64,000 bases of DNA from a virus. Its lineage: Duplodnaviria; Caudoviricetes. The translations under genes and the position numbers were made by a program. Numbering within the stretch: the stretch's first letter is position 1; each line of letters starts with the position of its first letter. This document shows positions 36,429 to 45,081 of the stretch, one piece after another. Where the stretch lies: the IMG/VR virus record IMGVR_UViG_3300011561_000001, positions 1 to 64,000 of that record; one strand, 5' to 3'. The notes under the pieces are model-generated. The model worked only from the letters and a program-made list of their open reading frames with translations. It made no database searches and was not told the origin of the DNA.

Positions 36429-36651
36429 CCTCTTCCCTCATATCGTCATAAGATTGATCCACCAACCTACCAATAGCACCAAGAAGGCCAAGAATGGATG
36501 CTGAGACAGCTAGAGTTCCAAATGCCACTTGAGAGGACAGGACACCTAATACAGCCAAGCCAGAAACACTGAGAGCAATCAGCAAGTTTGCTACAAGAGA
36601 AAGAAAGCTGTAAGTCTTAAGAATCTTTTTCCAATCTTCGTGAAATTTCAT
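36421..36651 (-). CDS. Holin (pinholin candidate), 76 aa
   Basis: Two hydrophobic helices with a charged C-terminus, between endolysin and spanins. Confidence 0.65.
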   Translation of the reverse strand: MKFHEDWKKILKTYSFLSLVANLLIALSVSGLAVLGVLSSQVAFGTLAVSASILGLLGAIGRLVDQSYDDMREEDE

Positions 36652-37189
36652 TATATTGCTCCAAGAATTCTTTATATTCTTTCTGCTTCTCTGGTGTAAG
36701 CTCTCCAAGGCAATAAGGCATTGTCTTGTCTCTACGGATCACTAGCCCCTTGAGCACCTTACCTCCCGCATAAACCCATCGGGTCAATTGCTCACAAGCT
36801 TGTTCGTGCTTCTCTTGGTTGACAAGACGAAGAAGGGTGCTACCTTTGACAGAGTTGATACCAAGATTGAAGGTGAAATCATTCAAAGCTTGACGTTGCC
36901 ATTCAGAAGCATAAGGTACACGAACAGCACTATCAATTTGCTTGAGATGTTTCTTCCAATCCTTAGCAAAGATTTCCATGCACTCTTCTTCTGTGTAGGA
37001 AGATTTTACTTTCTCTCCTTTCTGAACAAGGTGCCCGGCGCACACAGTCTTATAGCCCACAGGATCAGAATATGGTTGTAATACTAACCCCTCTGCTGGT
37101 AAGGTTAGGTCATATGCAACAAAAGCAGCAGGGGCACTAAGCCCCGCTGCAATAAATGCTGCAATCAATTTAGTTTTTATACTTTTCAT
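36617..37189 (-). CDS. SAR endolysin, GH24 lysozyme
   Basis: Lys-rich N-terminus plus Ala/Gly-rich SAR segment, then catalytic E-8x-D-5x-T (EGLVLQPYSDPVGYKT). Confidence 0.9.
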   Translation of the reverse strand: MKSIKTKLIAAFIAAGLSAPAAFVAYDLTLPAEGLVLQPYSDPVGYKTVCAGHLVQKGEKVKSSYTEEECMEIFAKDWKKHLKQIDSAVRVPYASEWQRQALNDFTFNLGINSVKGSTLLRLVNQEKHEQACEQLTRWVYAGGKVLKGLVIRRDKTMPYCLGELTPEKQKEYKEFLEQYNEISRRLEKDS

Positions 37190-37480
37190 CTAAGGCTCAC
37201 TACCCCTCTCAAGAGATATGTGTTCACGGGCCAACTCACCATAGTAGGCAAGCTCGCAGTGCCCAATACGTCCAGCTTCCGTATCCTGATAGTCAAAGAA
37301 GAACAAGATGTCCACTACTTTCTCCAACCATTTAATATCTTCCCTAAAGGCTCGGCTGGAAATAGTCTCGTCTGGGTATCCTTTAAAGAGTGCGTTAATA
37401 AGTTGGTCAAAGGAGATTAGTACAGCAACCCACCAAGACCGCCTAGACTTATCTGGTTTGTATAAGTCTAGCTTATTCAT
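37190..37480 (-). CDS. Phage protein of the DQL.NA...PDETISSR type
   Basis: Recurrent motif next to fibre and lysis genes (from memory). Confidence 0.75.
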   Translation of the reverse strand: MNKLDLYKPDKSRRSWWVAVLISFDQLINALFKGYPDETISSRAFREDIKWLEKVVDILFFFDYQDTEAGRIGHCELAYYGELAREHISLERGSEP

Positions 37481-38085
37481 TACACTGCTTCTTCTACTGA
37501 TGGGTACAGAGTCTCAGAGTTTGCAAAAGCAATCTCTTCAACTACTGGGAGGGCGTCTTCTAATGTTGCAATAGAGTCAACCTTAGCGTGTACGTCTTTA
37601 CACCAAGTGAAACAGAGTTGCACATGGTTGAATACAGCCTGCCCAATAATAATGGCCTCATCGCGGGAGATTACAGTCCACTGCCCCGGAGCATACTCAA
37701 AGTCAACTTGCGTAGCTTCTGGGGTGACGTTCAATCCAGCCACCATATTACTTACACGGTTCTGGTCTTCGATAGTTGTTTGGATGGTATTACCACCAAC
37801 CACCACACCGCCTTGTTCAAGCATCTTACGTTTCTTGCGGGTACGCTCTTTAAGCTCTTGTTTGAATGCGGTATAGAAGTCACCTTCCGTCACTTCCACC
37901 ATCCACTCTTCTGGTTCAAACTCATCTTCTGCAATACCATAAAGGACAGGAGCTTGTCCAAAAGATGACTCAACTGCAAATGTTGGAGTGATTCCTTCGG
38001 GAATATCAGGGCCACGCTTAGCGGGTTCTTTGGAGACAGGGATACGGGTGGCGTAGTCAACGTATGTGAATCGGATGTATTTCAT
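37480..38085 (-). CDS. Tail-fibre assembly-associated protein (DUF4376-like)
   Basis: LKERTRKKRKMLEQGGVVV...IQTT.EDQ...VFNHVQLCF. Confidence 0.7.
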   Translation of the reverse strand: MKYIRFTYVDYATRIPVSKEPAKRGPDIPEGITPTFAVESSFGQAPVLYGIAEDEFEPEEWMVEVTEGDFYTAFKQELKERTRKKRKMLEQGGVVVGGNTIQTTIEDQNRVSNMVAGLNVTPEATQVDFEYAPGQWTVISRDEAIIIGQAVFNHVQLCFTWCKDVHAKVDSIATLEDALPVVEEIAFANSETLYPSVEEAV

Positions 38086-38110
38086 GTATACCTCTTAAAA
38101 CTTAAACAAA

Positions 38111-38130
38111 TGCAGCCCCACGGGGCTGCA
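38111..38130 (-). terminator. Hairpin terminator after the adhesin gene
   Basis: TGCAGCCCC-gt-GGGGCTGCA followed by TTTGTTT. Confidence 0.7.
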
Positions 38131-38170
38131 CAAGAAAACCATCAATAATTGCAAAGATGTGTAAAACACA

Positions 38171-39688
38171 TCATATTGCAATACGGCGTACTCCACGAAC
38201 AAAGCGCACGCTCGTCTTATTGAAGTTGTTCTGGACGCCATAGCTGAAGTGCTGATACCAACCATTCGTAGACGAAGACTCCGTACTGGTCCAGTATTGG
38301 TTTGATGTAGTAAAAGCTTCACTGTTACCAGCTCTAAAGATAGTAACACTAGTCTGAGCAGGACTACCGGACGTGTAATTACTTGTTGTTGGCACAGAGC
38401 TTGTGTTAGCACCAGAACTTGTATTGTTGGCGTCCGTAGTTGGTTTCAGATAACGATATAGAATCTCCAACTCATCTTTAGCAGGCAAGTACCAGTCATT
38501 ATAGCCATTGATGCTAAGGTTGTTGCAGAAGTTGGCTGCTGGATGTGCAGATGCCCCTGCTGCAATCATAGCATTAGTGTTGGCCAAGCCATCGTTAATG
38601 CTGGTGGTGCCTGTTGTGTTGCTGGCGGAAGTCTTCCAAGCCAACGTAGTCCCAGACTCACCACCCTGAGCTTTAGGGGCTACAATAAGTGCATATGTAA
38701 CACCTTCTGTAACAATCTTACCTGCGTAATAACCCCCACCATAAGGTAGTCCCACGGAACTTGGGTCGAATGTAAAGAATTCAGCTTTGGTTGTGAAGGA
38801 GTATTCCCCCCAACCCCCTTCGCCCAGTGTTGCACCTACATGACGTACTCTTGCCTTATATTGGGTACTTTCAAGCAAGACCCCGACAGGGACGACAATG
38901 GATGTCTTATTAGCAGTGTTACCAAGTGATTGCCAAACCACAGAGCTGTCAGAGACTTTAACGATCTGCCAGTCAGTAGATGCGTGACTATCTGTACCAT
39001 TGAATACGCTGAAAGCAGAAGTGGTGATAGTGGGAGTTTCGGCAACATCAGCCGGTCCACCTGTGACACTTACTGTAGGGGTATTCACATACTGATTAGT
39101 GGTAGTGAAAGAAACAGTAGTAGACCATACAGAGTTGCCAATGGTGGAGCTAGTGTAGCGTACCCTTGCGTAGTAGACGGTATTAAGATTAAGCCCACCG
39201 GGGACAGTGATGCTTGTCAAGTTAACTGTGTCTACACCACTGTCATACGCAATGTTTAGGAAGTTACTATCAAGAGCTATTTGCCACTGAGATGACTGGT
39301 GTACACCTTGACCAGTCGGTGTGGTAGAGTATGCGCTAGCTGCGATAGTGGGGGTAAGACTAACATTAGTCTGCCCTGTTGTCGGAGATGTGATACTTGG
39401 TTTGTTAACTACAGCAGTACCAGCGGCAACAACAAACACGGAAGGTTTACCATCCTTGACAACAGTTAAGTTGACTTGTGTTGCACCAACAGGGTTGGGG
39501 ACACTTAAGGTAATTGTGTCATTTGTAATTGACGCAGTGCCGACATTGCTAGAAACAGACCAAGTGCTGAAAGAACTATAGTCTGTGATAGTGTAGGTTT
39601 CTGTACTTCCGGGGTTAATGATGACATTACCCAAGAGGCTCACATCACCAATAATAAGTGCGCGAGCAGCGCGAAGAGAGATAGCCAT
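38171..39688 (-). CDS. Tail adhesin: two FN3/Ig-like repeats plus a C-terminal DUF1566 (C-type lectin fold) domain
   Basis: Two P.I..P...WQI...Y.ARVRY...W repeats; DWYLPAKDEL and YWTSTE...VRGVR. Confidence 0.8.
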   Translation of the reverse strand: MAISLRAARALIIGDVSLLGNVIINPGSTETYTITDYSSFSTWSVSSNVGTASITNDTITLSVPNPVGATQVNLTVVKDGKPSVFVVAAGTAVVNKPSITSPTTGQTNVSLTPTIAASAYSTTPTGQGVHQSSQWQIALDSNFLNIAYDSGVDTVNLTSITVPGGLNLNTVYYARVRYTSSTIGNSVWSTTVSFTTTNQYVNTPTVSVTGGPADVAETPTITTSAFSVFNGTDSHASTDWQIVKVSDSSVVWQSLGNTANKTSIVVPVGVLLESTQYKARVRHVGATLGEGGWGEYSFTTKAEFFTFDPSSVGLPYGGGYYAGKIVTEGVTYALIVAPKAQGGESGTTLAWKTSASNTTGTTSINDGLANTNAMIAAGASAHPAANFCNNLSINGYNDWYLPAKDELEILYRYLKPTTDANNTSSGANTSSVPTTSNYTSGSPAQTSVTIFRAGNSEAFTTSNQYWTSTESSSTNGWYQHFSYGVQNNFNKTSVRFVRGVRRIAI

Positions 39689-39731
39689 GCAGGTTTCCTT
39701 TAATCAAAATTTCATGGGGTGGTAGTGGAGG

Positions 39732-40349
39732 TTACACTTCCCAACTTGTACCGTTGAACACAAAGTTCACTTCGTCGTCAATGTCATAAATGACATTTGC
39801 ATCGCTTCCAGATGATGTTATAATCACACCAGAAGAAACGCGGACGGTAATTTCTAGGTTGGGACGTTTTACCAACGTCACCACTTGCCCTACAGTCCCG
39901 GTGGTGGGGAGTGTTACAACCAATGGTGCAGCAATGTAGTAGCGAGAGTTGGGTGAGGCTGAGAAGCTAGCGCTCTGAACTTCATACCCTATAAACCTCT
40001 GTAGTGCAGTAGCACTCTCCGTGGAGGTAAAAGCCTCCTCCCAATAGCTCTGAGAGGAAATCGGGTCATTGCCGAAGTTGGTGAATGTGCAGCGATAGAT
40101 AGTTCCATTCGCACCTTGAACGTAACTCTTACCTGCTTGATACTCTGTAACCGCATCCCATACAGGAATTCCGTGCTGGTTAATATGAGCAATGGCTTGG
40201 TCTTGGCGACTATCCAACCAGTTAAAGAATTGCAGTGGTGGAACTTCTTCAATCCAGCCACGAAGAATCTTACTATCTTCGGGCTTAATTTTCATCCCTT
40301 GATCTGCCCATACAACATTGAGCGTATCTGGTTTTGTAATTTGAGGCAT
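39732..40349 (-). CDS. Short tail-fibre/baseplate-anchored protein
   Basis: W...G...P......GW.EEVPP.QFFNWL anchor; CBM-like WDAVTEY; shared C-terminal domain. Confidence 0.8.
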   Translation of the reverse strand: MPQITKPDTLNVVWADQGMKIKPEDSKILRGWIEEVPPLQFFNWLDSRQDQAIAHINQHGIPVWDAVTEYQAGKSYVQGANGTIYRCTFTNFGNDPISSQSYWEEAFTSTESATALQRFIGYEVQSASFSASPNSRYYIAAPLVVTLPTTGTVGQVVTLVKRPNLEITVRVSSGVIITSSGSDANVIYDIDDEVNFVFNGTSWEV

Positions 40350-41024
40350 TTAAACTCTCCAATTTATCCCGTCAAAGACGATTGTGATTTCATCATCAAT
40401 GTCATAAGCAACCTCAGTTGTGGTGCCCCCTCCTGTGATGATATTGGCGTTGGTTGAGGTGATACTTACAGCAGTGTTTGGTGATCTTATAAATTGAATG
40501 AAGTCTCCATCTATATAACCAGCTACAATAGGGTCTTCTAACACAACTCGCATAGATTGCTTGATGTAATACCTATAACCTTTGCGGGCAGTGAAGTCGC
40601 TAGACCGTGGGCTGAGGTAGAAAGGGGGCTTATTATTAAGTTCCTCATAATCCCCACTGACAGCCACAGGAGCCAAAGACTCTATTTTATTGTAGTGCTC
40701 AATTGACATAAAACCCGGAGCACTTTCAGACGCTGTTCCGTGTGCGTTAACACCTACACTCCCGTAGTGCTCATCTGTAGAAACTTCTACAATTGACACA
40801 CGATCTTCTACAGCCTCAATTGACAACTCGTTTGTTGTAGCTTTTTCAAGAAGGAATTGTGTGCGGTTGGCAAGCTGTTGTGTCGCCACATTGGAATATC
40901 CACCCACGGGAACGGAGCCTGAAAACTCAGGACTCCCTCCAAGTACAGGTGTGTCATATTCGATTTCATAGATTGTTGGCGACCAAACAGTATCTTCTGT
41001 TAAATTCCCCATCATACCCACCAT
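40350..41024 (-). CDS. Short fibre paralog (N anchor plus shared C-terminal domain)
   Basis: WSPTIYEIEYDTPVLGG...QQLANRT; C-terminal DIDDEITIVFDGINWRV. Confidence 0.8.
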   Translation of the reverse strand: MVGMMGNLTEDTVWSPTIYEIEYDTPVLGGSPEFSGSVPVGGYSNVATQQLANRTQFLLEKATTNELSIEAVEDRVSIVEVSTDEHYGSVGVNAHGTASESAPGFMSIEHYNKIESLAPVAVSGDYEELNNKPPFYLSPRSSDFTARKGYRYYIKQSMRVVLEDPIVAGYIDGDFIQFIRSPNTAVSITSTNANIITGGGTTTEVAYDIDDEITIVFDGINWRV

Positions 41025-44000
41025 TTGTTGTTGTAGAAGGTGAACAACACTTCTTCTGTAATGTCAATTATCACAGATGTGTCTTCACCAGCATCCGTAC
41101 TGATATTAGCGTTTATAGCGTTTACTGTCACAATGGCGCTGTTGGCTTTGTTGAAGCGTACAATAGAGCCGTTTGGAATAGTCACAGCCAATGGGTTTGG
41201 TAGTGTAGCTGTCAAGTTAGCCGTGCAGAAGTAACCCCTCCCAATCGCAGATGTAAAGTTTGCACTCTTGATTTCCAATGGTTTCTCTGGAACAGCAAGA
41301 ATTGCTTGCCTCACTCGTTGTGCGGTCCACGCTCTGCGTGTGGTAGCAGTCCCTTCCTCAGCTTCAGCTTGAGATACATCTATTAGGTTGCCAGCGTGAT
41401 ACAGGTCGCGGGTGACTCCGTTGATACGGGCGTAGACGCCTGCCGTGGTGGTCCACATATCGCCGTTAACTAGGGTTGTGGGGGTTGCACCGTGAGGGAG
41501 GTTTATACTCGCAGAACCAGTTGCGGGTGTTGCTGTGACAAGTTTGCCAGTGAATGTTTTACCTGTCATTGATGAAGGTAATCTCGCATCTTGTAACGTG
41601 CCTGCGTTTAAGTTACTCGCATTCAGGTAGATTGCAGATTGTTCGGCCTCAGAGACTCTTAACCGATACCAACTCCCCCAAGTTCCGTTATTAAGTTCTC
41701 GCCTGTAGGTTTTGGTATCACTCTCGGAGTCTCCACTGAAAGCATGAACTGTTTGAGTACACCAACCTACAGCACCATGATTCTCAACGTGACCAATAAA
41801 CCAAGTACTTGCAATAGGTGCATTAGTGGCATTGGACGCCATGTACCAACCATTGCTGATTGCTGTGTCCCAGTCTGTAACAGTAGCAGCTACAGCCCCA
41901 ATGCGCGTAGGGACTCGTGCATCTGCAATAACACCACTTGTAATCTTACTGGCGTCCAATGCAGGGATATCGGTTGCAGCTAGAGAACTCCCCGCTGTTA
42001 CCCTACCTTTACCATCTACTGTAACTTTAGGGTATGTGCCAGCACTTACTCCCGTATTGCTCAGAGTAAGAGGGATTGCAGCATCGCCACTTCCATCGAA
42101 AGCAACGCTACCACTTCCATCACCTGTTAAGGACAAAGTGCGTGCTGTAGCCAAACGGAGGGCAGTATCTGCTGTACCTGCACTCACTGCAATCTCGATA
42201 TAGCCGCTACCACTCCAGCGATAGATGTCATTAGTATCCGTGGTTACATAAATCTTACCACTCTCACCTGTAGCCGGTAGATTGTTAAAGGAAGATACTT
42301 CAATAACATCATCAACATAGGAGGGGAGTTGTGTAGCTGGAACCTTACCGTCACTTCCAAGCGTAGCTACACCGTTAGCAACCCCTTTCTCTGTACTGCT
42401 AATTTTGGCAGCAGCAAGGTCATAGGCGGATTTAACTGCACTAGGGGTTGCTGCTTGGGTAGTGGATGTGCTATTAGTTGCACTGTTTAGCTGAGCAACA
42501 CCAACAGATGAAGTAGATGCAGCAGGGAGTCTAGCAACAGCCATTGTACCAGATGTAACTTTGCTTGCATCGAGGTTGGGTATATCTGCTGCAACCAAGC
42601 TAGAGCCAGTTGTTACTCGCCCCGTATCGTCTACAGTTACTTTTGTGTATGTACCACTCACAACACCAGAGGAGGGGAGGCGTGCGGCAGGTATAGTGCC
42701 GCTTGTTAGACTGCTGGCATTCAGGTTACTCATATCAAAGATAACCCAATTTTGCCACACACCACCTTGATAGTTACGCACAGCCATCATAGGACGACCA
42801 GAGTACGACCAAGCACGTTGCACCAAAGTGCTTTCGCTTGTGTAACTCCTTACGCATTCCACATACCAGAAACTTGCACCAGAGGGTGTGTTGGTGTTCC
42901 CTGTTGTAGATATAAGGACTCGTTCACCGCTTTGCAGATTGTTTAGGTCAAAGTTTGCACTAGTGCTGTAGTAAGTGGGGTTTGAGCTATAGTCCGCAAT
43001 ACCACTACTCAGTCGTGCATTACTCAGCGTACCACTGACAACTTTACTGGCGTCAATGTTTACAGTTGTGGTGATGGAAGCATTGTTACTCGCATCCCAA
43101 TTTGCCACACTACCAACGGCATCTCCAGTCAAAGATACAGAGATTGGAGTACGGAGCTTATCAGCACTTACAACAACACTCCCTGACTCCACAAGTTGCT
43201 TAGTCTTAAGCGGAGTCATATAGGCTGTATCAACAGCAGCGTCTGTGGCTTGTACCTGTGTGGCTACTGGGTAGTTTTCTACATTACCAAGGGATACATC
43301 CGTCTTGGAGATAACGACAGCCCCTGTACGACCTTGTACACTTGTTACACTATTGACTTGCGCTCCTGCTGCAATACCATCCAACTTACTCTTGTCTGTG
43401 GAGGACATAAAGCCGTTAGTGGTAGTTGTAACTGCTGCGTGAGAGGTCCCACCCGTCCCGATGTGTGAAGATGGAGTGGCGTCTGTAATACCATACCCAC
43501 CGAGGGTGGTTGGGTTAGTACCTGCTGTCACACGTCCTTTAGCGTCTACAGTTACAGACTTGTATATCCCAGGAGCAACACCTGTATTGGAGAGCGTGAG
43601 AGTTGCGCTGACGTTGGCTGTACCGTTGAAAGGGACCGACCAAGTGGCATCACCCGTAGCGGCAATAGTGCGACTGTTAGTAAGCTTCAGTGCCTCGTCT
43701 GCCGTACTAACAGAGTTGTTAATCTTGAAGTAACTTGAACCAGTCCACCGATACGCACTACCTGTATCAATGGCAATGTAAATCTTACCACTCTCACCTG
43801 TAGTGGGGAAGTTGGCAAGAGATTCAAATTCCAACACATCGTCTACATAGCTTGGGAGTTGTGCTTGTGGGACTTTACCATCTGTACCCAAGGTGGCAAG
43901 ACCAGAGGCAACAGCTTTCTGTGCATCAATCTGACCATCTACGAAGGTTCCGATATCGAGGATATCAGAGGCTGTGTGCGTGTGGATAACATTTGCTTTG

Positions 44001-44257
44001 GTGTCAATAGCTGCTTCAAGCTCTTGCTTGTCTGCAATCTGCTTATCTTCAAGATCGCCTACACGAACCTCAAGAACACCATTGTCATTTATAACACCAT
44101 CGACTAGTTCTTTGAGAGTATCTGTCCGATTCTCAAGCTGAACTGTGGCGGCGTTAGCATAGCCAGCACTTACTCCCCCATCCGGTGTAAAAACAACACC
44201 ACCACCGATTACGGGGTCTGTTATTTTAAGCTTATAGATATTTTCTTCCCAAGCCAT
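41012..44257 (-). CDS. Long tail fibre, 1081 aa
   Basis: WEENIY...DPVIGG...QLENRT anchor; duplicated ~130-aa ATLG.DGKVP..QLPSYVDDV block; two knob-like domains. Confidence 0.9.
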   Translation of the reverse strand: MAWEENIYKLKITDPVIGGGVVFTPDGGVSAGYANAATVQLENRTDTLKELVDGVINDNGVLEVRVGDLEDKQIADKQELEAAIDTKANVIHTHTASDILDIGTFVDGQIDAQKAVASGLATLGTDGKVPQAQLPSYVDDVLEFESLANFPTTGESGKIYIAIDTGSAYRWTGSSYFKINNSVSTADEALKLTNSRTIAATGDATWSVPFNGTANVSATLTLSNTGVAPGIYKSVTVDAKGRVTAGTNPTTLGGYGITDATPSSHIGTGGTSHAAVTTTTNGFMSSTDKSKLDGIAAGAQVNSVTSVQGRTGAVVISKTDVSLGNVENYPVATQVQATDAAVDTAYMTPLKTKQLVESGSVVVSADKLRTPISVSLTGDAVGSVANWDASNNASITTTVNIDASKVVSGTLSNARLSSGIADYSSNPTYYSTSANFDLNNLQSGERVLISTTGNTNTPSGASFWYVECVRSYTSESTLVQRAWSYSGRPMMAVRNYQGGVWQNWVIFDMSNLNASSLTSGTIPAARLPSSGVVSGTYTKVTVDDTGRVTTGSSLVAADIPNLDASKVTSGTMAVARLPAASTSSVGVAQLNSATNSTSTTQAATPSAVKSAYDLAAAKISSTEKGVANGVATLGSDGKVPATQLPSYVDDVIEVSSFNNLPATGESGKIYVTTDTNDIYRWSGSGYIEIAVSAGTADTALRLATARTLSLTGDGSGSVAFDGSGDAAIPLTLSNTGVSAGTYPKVTVDGKGRVTAGSSLAATDIPALDASKITSGVIADARVPTRIGAVAATVTDWDTAISNGWYMASNATNAPIASTWFIGHVENHGAVGWCTQTVHAFSGDSESDTKTYRRELNNGTWGSWYRLRVSEAEQSAIYLNASNLNAGTLQDARLPSSMTGKTFTGKLVTATPATGSASINLPHGATPTTLVNGDMWTTTAGVYARINGVTRDLYHAGNLIDVSQAEAEEGTATTRRAWTAQRVRQAILAVPEKPLEIKSANFTSAIGRGYFCTANLTATLPNPLAVTIPNGSIVRFNKANSAIVTVNAINANISTDAGEDTSVIIDITEEVLFTFYNNKWWV

Positions 44258-44272
44258 GTAGTCCCCTATTGT

Positions 44273-45073
44273 TTATCCGTAGAGTGATGCAAACTTCCCA
44301 CCACCCTCTCCCATCTCAGGGAAGTATTTGATTTCACCATCATGGATATAAGTACCATCATAGTAGTGTTCCTCGAATGAACCAAACCCTTTTGCGTTTG
44401 GTACTTCAGAGAAAGCAAAGAAATTGGTGTAGTCAAAGTTACCAAACGAAACCCTCACACCAACGGGCTTAGGGAGGAGGTAGCTGTTGTAATCAAAAGT
44501 CTTATCAACATACGTTAGAAGATTTCTCTCAATTGCACTGAGCTGCCTGCCCACCAACAAACGGAAAGCCGCCACACCTTCATCTTGGATTGTGCTACCC
44601 TCTGTACTAAATACAAAGTTAGCAAAGCGCATAATATCTTCAGGTGTGGCTCTGGTTACGTTCTTTGCAATCTTAGCTTTAATTAAAAGCCTGTAAAGAT
44701 CGTCATTAAGTTCAACATTACCAAATCTTGGATTATTAGCGTCGTAGAAAACACCACCTACCGAGGGATCACCTAGAGTGCCAAAACCTAAAGAGTTTGG
44801 AACAGCGTCGAAGCCGAAGAATTCAAAGATATCTACGTTAACCAACATCCTCCCTTGCCCGACAATAGTCCCCAATAAGTCAAGTTGAGCACCAACCGCA
44901 GTATCAAGACTGCGCTCTTGCATCAGAGCTTTGTATTGTTTTTGTAATTCTTGGCACTCACTTAACATGAGTTGTACATACTTATCGAAGACTGGTTGGT
45001 CTTCAAATTGTACGGTGTAGCGACTTCTTGCTTCGTCTAAATACTCTCTTTCTTCAAACGGGTTTACTGGCAT
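44273..45073 (-). CDS. Baseplate wedge protein (DUF2612-like)
   Basis: LDTAVGAQLDLLGTIVG...YRLLIKAKIAKN...LLPKPVGV. Confidence 0.85.
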   Translation of the reverse strand: MPVNPFEEREYLDEARSRYTVQFEDQPVFDKYVQLMLSECQELQKQYKALMQERSLDTAVGAQLDLLGTIVGQGRMLVNVDIFEFFGFDAVPNSLGFGTLGDPSVGGVFYDANNPRFGNVELNDDLYRLLIKAKIAKNVTRATPEDIMRFANFVFSTEGSTIQDEGVAAFRLLVGRQLSAIERNLLTYVDKTFDYNSYLLPKPVGVRVSFGNFDYTNFFAFSEVPNAKGFGSFEEHYYDGTYIHDGEIKYFPEMGEGGGKFASLYG

Positions 45074-45081
45074 ACAACCTC

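Noticed and set aside
38095-38412. 105-aa alternative-frame ORF over the adhesin 3' end
   Set aside because: Runs through two hairpins, has no SD, and fully overlaps a well-supported gene end.
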